A stretch of 64,000 nucleotides of DNA from a bacterium (GTDB taxonomy: Bacteria; Patescibacteriota; Patescibacteriia; JAACEG01; JAGUWE01), in assembly GCA_043798995.1 (NCBI GenBank), contig JAZDOD010000011.1, positions 4,737 to 68,736 on the forward strand, written 5' to 3'. The first letter of the stretch is position 1. Every line of letters starts with the position of its first letter. A program made the translations under genes and the position numbers. This document shows, piece by piece, positions 46,143-55,261 of this stretch. A model generated the notes under the pieces. It did not search any database. It was not told the DNA's origin and worked only from the letters and a program-made list of their open reading frames with translations.

Positions 46143-48095
46143 ATGACAGCTAAAGAAGTCCGCGAAAAATTTTTAGATTTTTTTTCCGCCAAAGGCGGAT
46201 CTCCGCCAAAGGCGGATGGACCTCTGGCGCACGCCTCGGGCGGAAAAGGTCATACCATTATCCCTTCGGCGCCGCTTGTTCCAGAAAACGATCCAACGGT
46301 GCTTTTTACTACGGCCGGTATGCATCCTTTGGTGCCTTATCTTCTGGGCGAAGACCATCCGGGTGGGAAAAGGGTGGCCAATGTTCAGATTTGCCTAAGA
46401 ACCGATGATATTGAAGAAATCGGCGACAATCGGCATTTGACTTTTTTTGAAATGCTGGGCAATTGGAGTTTCGGAGACTATTTTAAGCGCGAGGCGATTG
46501 AGTGGAGTTTTGAATTATTAACCTCTAAGGATAAAGGTTTTGCTTTGGATCCGAAACGATTATACGTCACAGTTTTTGGCGGCGTTAAAGAATTAGGTTT
46601 AGAGCGAGACGAAAAGTCAATTAAAATCTGGCAAGAAGTTTTTGCCAAAGCTGGTTTAAAAGCTGAAGTTGCCGACGAAGGTAATATTTGGAAAAATAAA
46701 AATATAAGAATTTTTCCTTTGGGCATGAAAGATAATTTTTGGGGACCGGTTGGAGAGATTGGTCCTTGCGGTCCTTGCACCGAAATGTATTATGATCTCC
46801 ACCCAAAAAAAAAACACAGCAAAGTATCATTTGATGATTTGATTGATCAGTTTAGATTTTTGGAAATTTGGAATGATGTTTTTATGGAATTTAATAAACT
46901 GTCCGATGATAAATATGAATTGTTAAAGCAAAAAAACGTTGATACGGGTATGGGCGTGGAACGAATGTTAGCCGTCTTAAATAATAAAGAGAATATTTTT
47001 GACATAGAACTTTTTAGCGCAGTTTTTGAAAGTATAAAAAAATTGTCGGATAAAAATTATAATAATTGTCAAAAGGAATTTAGAATTATAGCCGACCACT
47101 TAAAAGCCGCGGTTTTTATCTTGGCGGAAAACATTGAACCGTCTAACGTTGATCGCGGCTATGTGCTTCGCCGTCTTATTCGCCGGGCCATTCGTTGCGG
47201 CAAACAAATCGGCATTAAAACTCCTTTCACCCATAAAATCGCCGAAGTTATCATTAATCTTTATCAAGATCCGTATTTGCATCTAAAGAAAAATCAGGAT
47301 TTTATTATTGAGCAACTGGTCAGAGAAGAAGAAAAGTTTGGCGAAACCCTGGAAAAAGGTTTAAAACAATTTAAATTTTTAATCAGGCGTAAATTAATAA
47401 TTACTCCCGTTGAACCGGGATCGCCAACCACCGATATAAAAGATAAAATGAAAATTACTGGCAGAGAAGCGTTTGATTTATATCAGACCTACGGTTTCCC
47501 CTTAGAGTTAATAAAAGAATTGGCAAGAGAAAATAGATTTACAGTTGATGAAGATGGTTTTAATGAGGAAATGAAACACCATCAAGAGCTTTCGCGCACT
47601 GCCGCGGCCGGTATGTTCAAGGGCGGTCTTTCAGACCATTCGGAAATTGCTACCCGCTATCATACGGCCACGCATTTGCTTTTGGCGAGCTTACGGAAAG
47701 TTTTGGGCGAACACGTTTTTCAGCGCGGCTCAAATATTACGGCCGAAAGATTGCGTTTTGATTTTTCCCATTCGGAAAAGTTGACGCCCGAGCAGATTAA
47801 ACAGGTTGAAGATTTGGTTAATCAAAAAATTCAAGAAGGTCTGCCGGTCAAGGTTGAAGAAATGACGGTTAACGAAGCCAAAGCCCAAGGCGCTATCGGC
47901 GTTTTTGAGCAAAAATACGGCGAGCGAGTTAAGGTTTATACGATTGGCCTCTCGACAAGCTCGGGGTCTATTTTCAGTCAGGAAATTTGCGGCGGACCGC
48001 ATATTAAAAATACCCGACAGCTTGGTAAATTTAAGATTATTAGAGAAGAGGCTAGCTCTGCTGGTGTAAGGAGAATAAAAGCGGTATTGGAGTGA
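46143..48095 (+). CDS. alaS: Alanine--tRNA ligase (short form lacking C-terminal domain) with in-frame repeat insertion
   Basis: FLDFFSAKG...HTIIPSAPLVPENDPTVLFTTAGM, editing-domain HTATHLL, CGGPH; 650 aa. Confidence 0.9.
   Translation: MTAKEVREKFLDFFSAKGGSPPKADGPLAHASGGKGHTIIPSAPLVPENDPTVLFTTAGMHPLVPYLLGEDHPGGKRVANVQICLRTDDIEEIGDNRHLTFFEMLGNWSFGDYFKREAIEWSFELLTSKDKGFALDPKRLYVTVFGGVKELGLERDEKSIKIWQEVFAKAGLKAEVADEGNIWKNKNIRIFPLGMKDNFWGPVGEIGPCGPCTEMYYDLHPKKKHSKVSFDDLIDQFRFLEIWNDVFMEFNKLSDDKYELLKQKNVDTGMGVERMLAVLNNKENIFDIELFSAVFESIKKLSDKNYNNCQKEFRIIADHLKAAVFILAENIEPSNVDRGYVLRRLIRRAIRCGKQIGIKTPFTHKIAEVIINLYQDPYLHLKKNQDFIIEQLVREEEKFGETLEKGLKQFKFLIRRKLIITPVEPGSPTTDIKDKMKITGREAFDLYQTYGFPLELIKELARENRFTVDEDGFNEEMKHHQELSRTAAAGMFKGGLSDHSEIATRYHTATHLLLASLRKVLGEHVFQRGSNITAERLRFDFSHSEKLTPEQIKQVEDLVNQKIQEGLPVKVEEMTVNEAKAQGAIGVFEQKYGERVKVYTIGLSTSSGSIFSQEICGGPHIKNTRQLGKFKIIREEASSAGVRRIKAVLE
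46184..46245. repeat. Family-B 64-bp palindromic repeat (reverse orientation) in frame within alaS codons ~15-35
   Basis: Reverse complement matches 13117-13180; encodes GSPPKADGPLAHASGGKG between conserved FFSAKG and HTII. Confidence 0.7.
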
Positions 48096-48122
48096 ATAGA
48101 AATTAGTGATTAGAATTTTTCT

Positions 48123-48191
48123 TGCGGGATCGTTTCTAACGGCCCGCCAAAGGCGGGTAAATAAGACAGCGGCCGGCGCTTGTCCCGCACA
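48123..48191 (+). other. tRNA-Gln-like remnant (acceptor arms retained, interior replaced by hairpins)
   Basis: Begins TGCGGGATCGT and ends GTCCCGCA like tRNA-Gln at 48549; interior CCCGCCAAAGGCGGG. Confidence 0.35.
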
Positions 48192-48196
48192 AAACT

Positions 48197-48230
48197 GGGG
48201 GGTCGTCTAATGGTAGGACACCAGCCTTTT
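48197..48230 (+). other. Diverged duplicate of tRNA-Gln 5-prime half, ending in the anticodon loop
   Basis: GGGGGGTCGTCTAATGGTAGGACACCAGCCTTTT vs TGCGGGATCGTCTAATGGTAGGACCGCGGCCTTTG. Confidence 0.45.
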
Positions 48231-48306
48231 CCGCCGGAGGCGGACTCGCCTTTTCCGCCAAAGGCGGATCTGCCTTGGGCATGAGGCGAGGAAGCCGAAA
48301 ATAAAA

Positions 48307-48645
48307 ATGTATTACACTTATATATTAAAAAGCAAAAAAGACGGAATTCGTTATGTTGGTAGCGGTGAAGATGTATTAGAAAGATTACGTCGGCATAATA
48401 AAGGTGACCATCAATTTACAAAAGGGCACCGACCTTGGGAATTAATTTATCAAGAAAAATATAGCACAAGATCAGAAGCTATGAGGCGTGAAAAATTTTT
48501 AAAATCAGGTCAAGGAAGAAAAATTTTAGATGAGGTTCTCGGCAAGGCTGCGGGATCGTCTAATGGTAGGACCGCGGCCTTTGAAGCCGTTAATCATGGT
48601 TCGAATCCATGTCCCGCAGCCTTGCCGAGAAATAGTAAAGAGTAG
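48307..48645 (+). CDS. GIY-YIG nuclease family small protein; reading frame runs through tRNA-Gln
   Basis: MYYTYILKSKKDGIRYVGSGEDVLERLRRHNKG; last ~30 codons overlap the tRNA, true C-terminus uncertain. Confidence 0.7.
   Translation: MYYTYILKSKKDGIRYVGSGEDVLERLRRHNKGDHQFTKGHRPWELIYQEKYSTRSEAMRREKFLKSGQGRKILDEVLGKAAGSSNGRTAAFEAVNHGSNPCPAALPRNSKE
48549..48619 (+). tRNA. tRNA-Gln (anticodon TTG)
   Basis: Hand-folded: acceptor TGCGGGA/TCCCGCA with U1-A72, D stem GTCT/GGAC, anticodon stem GCGGC/GCCGT loop CTTTGAA, T stem CATGG/CCATG loop TTCGAAT, discriminator G. Confidence 0.85.
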
Positions 48646-48720
48646 GAGAGACGGCCTTTTCCACTGGGGGCGGACTTGCTTGTCCCGCCTTGGCGGGGCG
48701 GCCTCCTTGCCCCGCTATAG

Positions 48721-48760
48721 GCGGGGTGAAGAGCCGTTAATCATGGCCCGCCCCGCACCA
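48721..48760 (+). other. tRNA-Gln 3-prime-half-like fragment ending in CCA
   Basis: TGAAGAGCCGTTAATCATGG matches the tRNA from anticodon loop through T stem, then CCCGCCCCGCACCA. Confidence 0.35.
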
Positions 48761-48840
48761 ATCCTAAGTAAAATTTTCCTAATTTTTCCATTTGTGCTAA
48801 AATTAAGTTAAAAGATATTTAACATTAATTTTTTAATTTT

Positions 48841-49869
48841 ATGGAAGAAGTTAACCCCGCAAAAAAAGACGAAGTTTTAGACAAAACCATCCTTCAGCCG
48901 CCCCAAAAGATGGAAAATTCTTACGGGGCAAGAAAAACCGGGCCGCGAGATGTTTTTTTGCACCTTCTGGCCATTATCACGCTTTATTTCAGCGCCGTTA
49001 ATGTGGGAATCTTGCTTTTTCAGTATATTAATCTGGCTTGGCCCGATCCTTTGTGGGATCCTTTTTTTCGGCTTGACGCCGCTCGGCGCTTGATTCGTTG
49101 GGCCATCTCCGCTTTGGTAGTAGTTTTCCCTGTTTATGTCTGGGTCAATTATTTTTTAAACAAGGAATTAATCCGGCTTCCGGAAAAGAAAGAACTGCGC
49201 ACCCGCAAGTGGCTGCTTAATTTCACTTTATTTGTGGCGGCTTTGGTTATTATCGGCGGTTTGGTTTCTTTAATTTATAATTATCTTGGCGGTGAAATTT
49301 CACTTCGTTTTATTCTTAAAATTTTAGTTGTGTTTTTGATTGCCGTCGCAGTTTTTGCCTATTATCTTTGGCAGTTAAGACGCGAGCAACTGGCTAAATG
49401 GGATAAAATAATGAAATTTTTTCCCCGGTCAATCGTTGCTCTAGTGGCGCTTATTATTATCAGCGGTTTTTTTATGGCCGGCTCGCCGCAAGCGGAGCGC
49501 CTGCGCCGTTTTGACGACAGGCGAGTGGGAGATCTTCAGGGGATCCAACGTCAAATCGTCTTTTTTTGGCAGCAAAAAAATAATCTGCCGCAAAATCTTG
49601 ATGAATTGATAGACAATATTTCCGGCTATCTGCCGCCCGTTGATCCGGAAACCAACCAGCCGTATGAATACCGCGCCACCGGTGATTTAGGGTTTGAGCT
49701 TTGCGCCAATTTTAAAACCAAAGGCACGGGGATAGAAGGACAATCTATGCCACAACCGGTTGAAGGGCCGAAAATTTACTCCGATACTTTTAACAATTGG
49801 CAGCACGAAACCGGCCGAGTTTGTTTCCAGAGAAAAATTGATCCGGAGCTGTATAAGAAATTAAAATAA
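48841..49869 (+). CDS. Hypothetical polytopic membrane protein
   Basis: At least 5 TM helices, 342 aa. Confidence 0.55.
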   Translation: MEEVNPAKKDEVLDKTILQPPQKMENSYGARKTGPRDVFLHLLAIITLYFSAVNVGILLFQYINLAWPDPLWDPFFRLDAARRLIRWAISALVVVFPVYVWVNYFLNKELIRLPEKKELRTRKWLLNFTLFVAALVIIGGLVSLIYNYLGGEISLRFILKILVVFLIAVAVFAYYLWQLRREQLAKWDKIMKFFPRSIVALVALIIISGFFMAGSPQAERLRRFDDRRVGDLQGIQRQIVFFWQQKNNLPQNLDELIDNISGYLPPVDPETNQPYEYRATGDLGFELCANFKTKGTGIEGQSMPQPVEGPKIYSDTFNNWQHETGRVCFQRKIDPELYKKLK

Positions 49870-49888
49870 TTAAATTAAAACAAAGCTT

Positions 49889-50140
49889 ATGAAAAAGTTT
49901 TTTGCCATTTTTTGTGTTTTGTCGCTTATGCTTTTCGTAAGCGGCTGTGTCATGCAGCAGCCAAGCAAAGGTCCGGCAGCAACTCCCAAAACCCCGGCTT
50001 TAAATCAGAATCAAGCCGAACCCTATCCCGATTCTGATGAGTTAGTACCCGAAGAGGAGGAAATGGACGAGAGTAGTTCAACGGAAGAGGAGGTAGACGA
50101 AAATTTTTTAAACGGTGATTCTTCAGACGAAGAAGAATAA
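49889..50140 (+). CDS. Putative small lipoprotein with acidic C-terminus
   Basis: Lipobox LFVSGC after hydrophobic signal; D/E-rich tail. Confidence 0.5.
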   Translation: MKKFFAIFCVLSLMLFVSGCVMQQPSKGPAATPKTPALNQNQAEPYPDSDELVPEEEEMDESSSTEEEVDENFLNGDSSDEEE

Positions 50141-50324
50141 TTTTCAGACGACGAGGATTTTTAAAATAAGGTTTTTTTTAAGCCTTTTTGTCGAAAGCTA
50201 AAAAAACTTTGCGGTAATGAGACATACCGACAAGTATTTTGTTTGGTGATTAACTGTTTTTCGCAAAGGATAATATTGTTCTGGGCTTACGCAGTGGCCA
50301 TCTACAGATGACCAATGCCAGCCG

Positions 50325-50429
50325 ATGTTGGATGTGGCAATTTGTATAAATTGTCCCGATGGTCAATGCGGACCCGGTGAAAATAAATGCAATTGTCCGA
50401 ATGATTGCCAAGAAAAAACTGTAGAATAA
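50325..50429 (+). CDS. Possible 34-aa cysteine-rich peptide (speculative)
   Basis: MLDVAICINCPDGQCGPGENKCNCPNDCQEKTVE; six Cys; immediately before a strong terminator. Confidence 0.2.
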   Translation: MLDVAICINCPDGQCGPGENKCNCPNDCQEKTVE

Positions 50430-50454
50430 ATTAATATAGTGATAAATTAGATTG

Positions 50455-50490
50455 AAGCCCCCCGCTTTTAAAAGCGGGGGGCTTTTTGTT
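50455..50490 (+). terminator. Strong intrinsic terminator
   Basis: GCCCCCCGCTTTT/AAAAGCGGGGGGC then TTTTTG. Confidence 0.7.
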
Positions 50491-50674
50491 TATTTGTCTA
50501 AATTTTAAGTTCAATAATATATGTTATTCCTGTGAAAACAGGAATCCAGACCATTGAACCGGAATCTAGAGCTCGGATCAAGTCCGAGGTGACAATAAGG
50601 AATTTTGGTGGCGGGGTAAATACAGTCTAAATTTTCAATCCTGCCAAGGCGGGAGAAAAAATTTAGACAAATAA
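50489..50674. repeat. ~186-bp element bounded by perfect 18-bp inverted repeats TTTATTTGTCTAAATTTT, containing MITE hairpins
   Basis: Left IR 50489-50506, right IR 50657-50674; same end sequence after T-runs at 59758 and 60150. Confidence 0.5.
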
Positions 50675-50771
50675 ATAATCCGCCGTCTCCGCCATCCACC
50701 AACTGGCGGAGGCGGAAACAGCGGATCAAACTTCGGCAGATTGCCTATAATGTCATTGCGAGATTAAACAT

Positions 50772-50800
50772 TGTGGAAACCTTGACAATTTTTCCAACCT
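50772..50800 (+). promoter_or_regulatory. Sigma70 promoter TTGACA-17-TATACT
   Basis: TTGACA 50772-50777, TATACT 50795-50800. Confidence 0.5.
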
Positions 50801-50846
50801 TTGCTATACTACTATATTAGTTGAAAAAGAAAAAAGGAGGTGAAAA

Positions 50847-50981
50847 ATGGAAGCACTGCTCAAAATAAAGCAACAGATACAAAAATGCAATTCTCTCGGT
50901 CCGAGTCATTTTTGCAAATATTGCGAGGGGAGGCTCCTTTGCTGGAAATTGGCCATTGATAAAATCATCAATGCCACTTAG
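50847..50981 (+). CDS. Hypothetical 44-aa Cys-containing small protein
   Basis: SD AAAAGGAGGTG; MEALLKIKQQIQKCNSLGPSHFCKYCEGRLLCWKLAIDKIINAT; own promoter and terminator. Confidence 0.3.
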   Translation: MEALLKIKQQIQKCNSLGPSHFCKYCEGRLLCWKLAIDKIINAT

Positions 50982-50995
50982 TTAAAAAAACACAT

Positions 50996-51031
50996 AAAGC
51001 AGTAAGATTTACTTACTGCTTTCTTTTTTTA
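50996..51031 (+). terminator. Intrinsic terminator
   Basis: AAAGCAGTAAG-ATTT-CTTACTGCTTT plus T-run. Confidence 0.7.
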
Positions 51032-51040
51032 TCCTTTAAT

Positions 51041-51074
51041 AAAAAAAACTCATTTTGGCGCCAAAATGAGTTTT
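51041..51074 (-). terminator. Intrinsic terminator for minus-strand gene 51080-51469
   Basis: AACTCATTTTGGCG/CGCCAAAATGAGTT with U-run on minus strand. Confidence 0.6.
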
Positions 51075-51079
51075 GATGC

Positions 51080-51469
51080 TTAGCGGTTGAATTCCGCTTC
51101 GCTTATGGACTGGGTGTCATAATTTCCGCCAACGATCGGGTGAAGAGTGATATTGGCAACTGCATAGTAAGGATCAAAGGCCTTTAGTTCAAAGTACTCG
51201 CCTTTGATGTAGCGGCAATGGCCCGGGGTGCCATAGCGGACTTTGACGTGGTAGGTGTCGTTGCCAAGGTTATAGATAGTTTCTTTTGAGCCGTTGGGAA
51301 CGGTAATTTTTTGCGCTTCGCCCGCCGAAGAAATTAATTTAACCAAAGCGTCTTCGCCTGATTGATTGTCAAAAGTTACGCTGTTGTCCTGGGCCAAAGC
51401 CAGGATCGGATTGATCAGGAAAAGAATTAAAAATAAGAAAAACAAAGACCAAAGAACTCCTCTTCTCAT
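51080..51469 (-). CDS. Hypothetical secreted protein
   Basis: Signal peptide LWSLFFLFLILFLINPILALAQD; 129 aa. Confidence 0.55.
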   Translation of the reverse strand: MRRGVLWSLFFLFLILFLINPILALAQDNSVTFDNQSGEDALVKLISSAGEAQKITVPNGSKETIYNLGNDTYHVKVRYGTPGHCRYIKGEYFELKAFDPYYAVANITLHPIVGGNYDTQSISEAEFNR

Positions 51470-51654
51470 CTCGTCCTCCTTTTTAAAAGATTTAGTTTAA
51501 ATTTTAATTGCAAAACAAAAATTTGTCAAGATTTTTACGGCATTTATTAAATTCATTAGGTTAAAATAAGCCGGCTTGAATCCGGCGTCTTGTTACGCGA
51601 CTTGACAAATCATATGATTTTATAGTAACTTTAATTATCTATTAATATAAAAAT

Positions 51655-53409
51655 TTGTTTATGATTAGCTTTTTTACTAAAAGTAGAAATCATGCCGAAC
51701 TCGGCGAAATACTCAAAAAAGAAGGCCTCTTAACCAAAGAGCAGTTTGAAACAATTGTCCGCCAGGCCGAAAAGGCAGGCCGCCATTTGACAGAGATTAT
51801 TTTTGAGGACAGCTCATTGCCCGAGGAAAAAACTTTGGCGCTACTTTGCCAGTTTTATGATTTACCGCCTGTTTTTCTAAGAAAGAAAGTAATTTCTCCG
51901 TTGGTGATCAATCTTATTCCCAAAGAAGTTGCCGAACAGCACAATGTTATAATTTTTAAAAAAATCAAAGATGTAATTCATGTTGCCATCACCAACCCGG
52001 AGAATTATCAAATTTTGGAATTTATTAAAAAGAAAACCGAATTGGAACCGATACCCCATCTGACCACGCCCAAGGATATCAATGTCGCTTTAAGAAAATA
52101 TAATACCCAGATCGGCGAAGATCTGGCCCAAATCATTGATTATAGCGTTAAGGAAGCGGCAGCTTTGAATGTTTCTCCGGAACAGGCCGCTCGCTTTCTT
52201 CCTGTTATAAAAATGGTTAATGGAATTATTGAAAAAGCCCTTGGCAAAGGAGCATCCGATATTCACGTGGAGCCGACTTTAGACAAAATTATTATCCGTT
52301 ACCGAATCGACGGCATGTTGAATAGGGTAGCGGAATTGCCGAAAGAAGCTTTGCCCCTTTTTATAACCAGAATTAAGATCTTGGCCAATCTTAAAATTGA
52401 TGAACACATGATACCTCAGGACGGTCGTTTTCATTTTAAATATCAGGATCAGGAAATTGCTATCAGAGTTTCAATTATTCCAACACTCCACGGCCCCAAA
52501 GCAGCCCTGCGGCTTTTGGAAATGCAACAGAAAGTTTTTACCCTGAGGAAGCTCGGCCTGAATCAAAATCACTATGGTTTGCTCAAAAATGAAATCAAAG
52601 CCAATCAGGGCATGATTTTGGTTACCGGCCCTACCGGCAGCGGCAAAACTACCACTCTTTATACGCTTATGCGCATGCTCAACCGAGAAGATGTTAATAT
52701 CTGCACCATTGAAGATCCGATTGAATATAGCATTGACAATATTAATCAAATGCAAGTTAAGCCCCAAGTCGGCCTGACCTTTGCTTCGGGGCTGCGGTCG
52801 CTTCTCCGCCAGGACCCCAATATCATAATGGTTGGAGAAATAAGAGACGAGGAAACGGCCAGTATGGCGGCCAATTCTGCCATGACCGGCCATTTAGTTT
52901 TATCAACTTTGCATACCAATAACGCCTTTTTTGTTGTTCAAAGGTTATATGAAATGGGCATTCAGCCCTATCTTTTGGCTTCGGTTATCAATTTGGTTAT
53001 CGGCCAACGCTTAGTCAGAAGAATTTGTTCTAATTGCCGCGGTCGGGGACGTTTTCCGGAAAAAATTATCGCCAATTACCAGCCATTTTTAAAAATTAAA
53101 GAAACAATAACAAAATTAAAAAAACAGGATCTTTTGCCCAAGGACATTAAAGTCCAAGAATTTCGGCTACTTCACGGGAGAGGTTGCGCCAAATGCAATT
53201 ACACCGGCTATCAGGGCAGAGTAGGAATTTACGAAATATTAAAAATAGACAGAAAAATGCGAAAATTAATTCTGAGCGACAACAGCGAAGAGGCAATTAG
53301 AAGATATGCCGCCTCACAAAATATTTTGACCATGGCCGAAGACGGCATTCTAAAAGTTCTAAACGGCGTCACTACTTTTGACGAAGTTTTAAGGGTAACC
53401 AAAGAATAA
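51655..53409 (+). CDS. pilB: Type IV pilus assembly ATPase (GspE/PilB family)
   Basis: T2SSE_N-like N-domain, Walker A LVTGPTGSGKTTTLY, Asp box, GEIRDEETA, tetracysteine motif. Confidence 0.9.
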   Translation: MFMISFFTKSRNHAELGEILKKEGLLTKEQFETIVRQAEKAGRHLTEIIFEDSSLPEEKTLALLCQFYDLPPVFLRKKVISPLVINLIPKEVAEQHNVIIFKKIKDVIHVAITNPENYQILEFIKKKTELEPIPHLTTPKDINVALRKYNTQIGEDLAQIIDYSVKEAAALNVSPEQAARFLPVIKMVNGIIEKALGKGASDIHVEPTLDKIIIRYRIDGMLNRVAELPKEALPLFITRIKILANLKIDEHMIPQDGRFHFKYQDQEIAIRVSIIPTLHGPKAALRLLEMQQKVFTLRKLGLNQNHYGLLKNEIKANQGMILVTGPTGSGKTTTLYTLMRMLNREDVNICTIEDPIEYSIDNINQMQVKPQVGLTFASGLRSLLRQDPNIIMVGEIRDEETASMAANSAMTGHLVLSTLHTNNAFFVVQRLYEMGIQPYLLASVINLVIGQRLVRRICSNCRGRGRFPEKIIANYQPFLKIKETITKLKKQDLLPKDIKVQEFRLLHGRGCAKCNYTGYQGRVGIYEILKIDRKMRKLILSDNSEEAIRRYAASQNILTMAEDGILKVLNGVTTFDEVLRVTKE

Positions 53410-53415
53410 AATAAT

Positions 53416-54624
53416 ATGCCAATCTATACTTTTAGCGCGCTCAAAGAAGACAATTCTTATATAAAAGGAAAGGTAAAGGCGCGCAGTCAGAAAAAAGCTA
53501 TAAAGATATTAGAAAAAGAGAAATTGTTGACGGTAAATATAAAAAAGGAAAAAAAGTTTGTCTGGGATAAAGTTTTAGCTTTTTCCACCGTCAGCCGGAT
53601 TGATAAGATTAATTTTACCAGGCATTTGGAGGCTTATCTTGAAGCAGGGGTTAATTTGGGCGAAGCGGTTAAAATCGCCGCCGAGCAAACCACCAATAAA
53701 AAATTGCAAGGAATTCTTGATGATATACACAAGAAAATTATGGGCGGCCAGAGTTTAAATGGCGCGCTTTCCCAGCACAGTAAATATTTTTCAAAATATT
53801 TTATTCGCCTGATAAGGGTAGGGGAAGAAAGCGGCTCCTTGGATAAAATACTGCGGCAGCTTTTAGAGCAGCAGGAAAAAGAATACGAATTAATAGGGAC
53901 CGTTCGCCGCTCTTTAACCTATCCGATTATCATAATCTTGGCTGCGATCGCGGTGGTAGTTTTTATGATGACTTTTGTCATCCCGACCGTTGCCAAAGTT
54001 TTGATTGATTACGGCGGCAAGCTGCCTTTGGCCACCAAAATCCTCATTACCGTAAGTAATTTTTTGGTTAATTTTGGCCTCTTGATGGCGCTGCTGATAA
54101 TTGTTATCGTTGTTTTTCTGCGGATTATAATCAAAAGAACTCCTTGGGGCAAATGGTATTTTGAATCTTTTCTCTTTTCCGTACCTATTCTCAAGAGAAT
54201 TATCATTGAATACAACATTGCTCATTTCACCACTTCAATGAGCGCGCCTCTTATGAGCGGCATACCCATAGACAAAGCTCTTGAATTAGCGGCAGAATCC
54301 TATCCTAACAGCCATTACCGGAAAACCATCAAAGAAAGCATAATTTTTATCCATCGCGGAGTTTCGCTTTCCGAGGTTTTGCGGGCGCACCCCAAGCTTT
54401 ATCCGCCGAATGTAATCCGCATAATCGAGATCGGCGAGCGAACCGGCCGGATTGACAATATGTTTTCCCACCTGGCTAATTTTTATCAAAAGTCGGTGAC
54501 CAACACCCTTAGCAATCTATCAACCGTTATTGAGCCGTTTTTATTAATTGCCATCGGTTTGACGGTTTGCTTTATTGCCGTTTCAATCCTCACGCCGATT
54601 TGGAGTTTTGCCGAAACCGTTTAA
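53416..54624 (+). CDS. pilC: Type IV pilus inner-membrane platform protein (GspF/PilC family)
   Basis: Two GspF repeats with 3 TM helices, 402 aa, follows pilB. Confidence 0.9.
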   Translation: MPIYTFSALKEDNSYIKGKVKARSQKKAIKILEKEKLLTVNIKKEKKFVWDKVLAFSTVSRIDKINFTRHLEAYLEAGVNLGEAVKIAAEQTTNKKLQGILDDIHKKIMGGQSLNGALSQHSKYFSKYFIRLIRVGEESGSLDKILRQLLEQQEKEYELIGTVRRSLTYPIIIILAAIAVVVFMMTFVIPTVAKVLIDYGGKLPLATKILITVSNFLVNFGLLMALLIIVIVVFLRIIIKRTPWGKWYFESFLFSVPILKRIIIEYNIAHFTTSMSAPLMSGIPIDKALELAAESYPNSHYRKTIKESIIFIHRGVSLSEVLRAHPKLYPPNVIRIIEIGERTGRIDNMFSHLANFYQKSVTNTLSNLSTVIEPFLLIAIGLTVCFIAVSILTPIWSFAETV

Positions 54625-54667
54625 CTTGATAATTCATTGTTGTCTTGCCGCAGAGTTGCCTTCGTCT

Positions 54668-54790
54668 GTCATTCCCGCGGAAGCGGGAATCCAGACGCCG
54701 TTCCTGCGAAAGCAGGGAGCCAGGGGATGTGGATTCCCGTTTTCACGGGAATGACAAAAAAAGAAAAAGTGCGGGATGACAAATAGAACG
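54668..54790. repeat. Compound MITE-like hairpin repeats (family A variants)
   Basis: TGTCATTCCCGCGGAAGCGGGAATCCAGA ... GGATTCCCGTTTTCACGGGAATGACA ... GTGCGGGATGACA. Confidence 0.6.
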
Positions 54791-54807
54791 CAAAAACTTC
54801 AACTTTT

Positions 54808-55257
54808 ATGAAAAATAAATTTAAAAGCAAGGGAGGTTTTACCTTAATTGAGATGCTTGTAGTAATGGCGGCTTTCGGTTTTATTTTAGCCATTACTGTT
54901 TTGTCTTACAATAATATCAGAAACAACATTGTCTTAAACAATAACGGTTTTGAGATAGCAAACGCCCTAAGAGAAGCGCAAAGCCGGTCCATCGTTTCTA
55001 AAAATAACCAAGTGCACGGCGTTCATTTTAATTCTGCCGATTATATTTTATATGACGGTCATTGGCCGGACATTACTTCTCAAACTGCTTATTCTTTTTC
55101 CCAAGGCATAAATATTTATAGCGGCGAAGGCATTAGCGTGGAATTTATGCGTCTCACCGGAGGAGCCGTCCAAGCAGAAGAAATTGTCATTGGCACAACC
55201 TCGGGCAACCAGAAGACAATCAGAATTGCCGCTAGCGGAAGAATTTCCATTGAATAA
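54808..55257 (+). CDS. Type IV pilin / pseudopilin
   Basis: Class III signal KSKGG-FTLIEMLVVMAAFGFIL, Glu+5. Confidence 0.8.
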   Translation: MKNKFKSKGGFTLIEMLVVMAAFGFILAITVLSYNNIRNNIVLNNNGFEIANALREAQSRSIVSKNNQVHGVHFNSADYILYDGHWPDITSQTAYSFSQGINIYSGEGISVEFMRLTGGAVQAEEIVIGTTSGNQKTIRIAASGRISIE

Positions 55258-55261
55258 ATAT

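Noticed and set aside
48530-48811. 93-aa ORF across tRNA-Gln and downstream hairpins
   Set aside because: Alternative frame across a tRNA and GC-rich hairpin repeats (Arg/Pro/Gly-rich); artefact of repeat composition.
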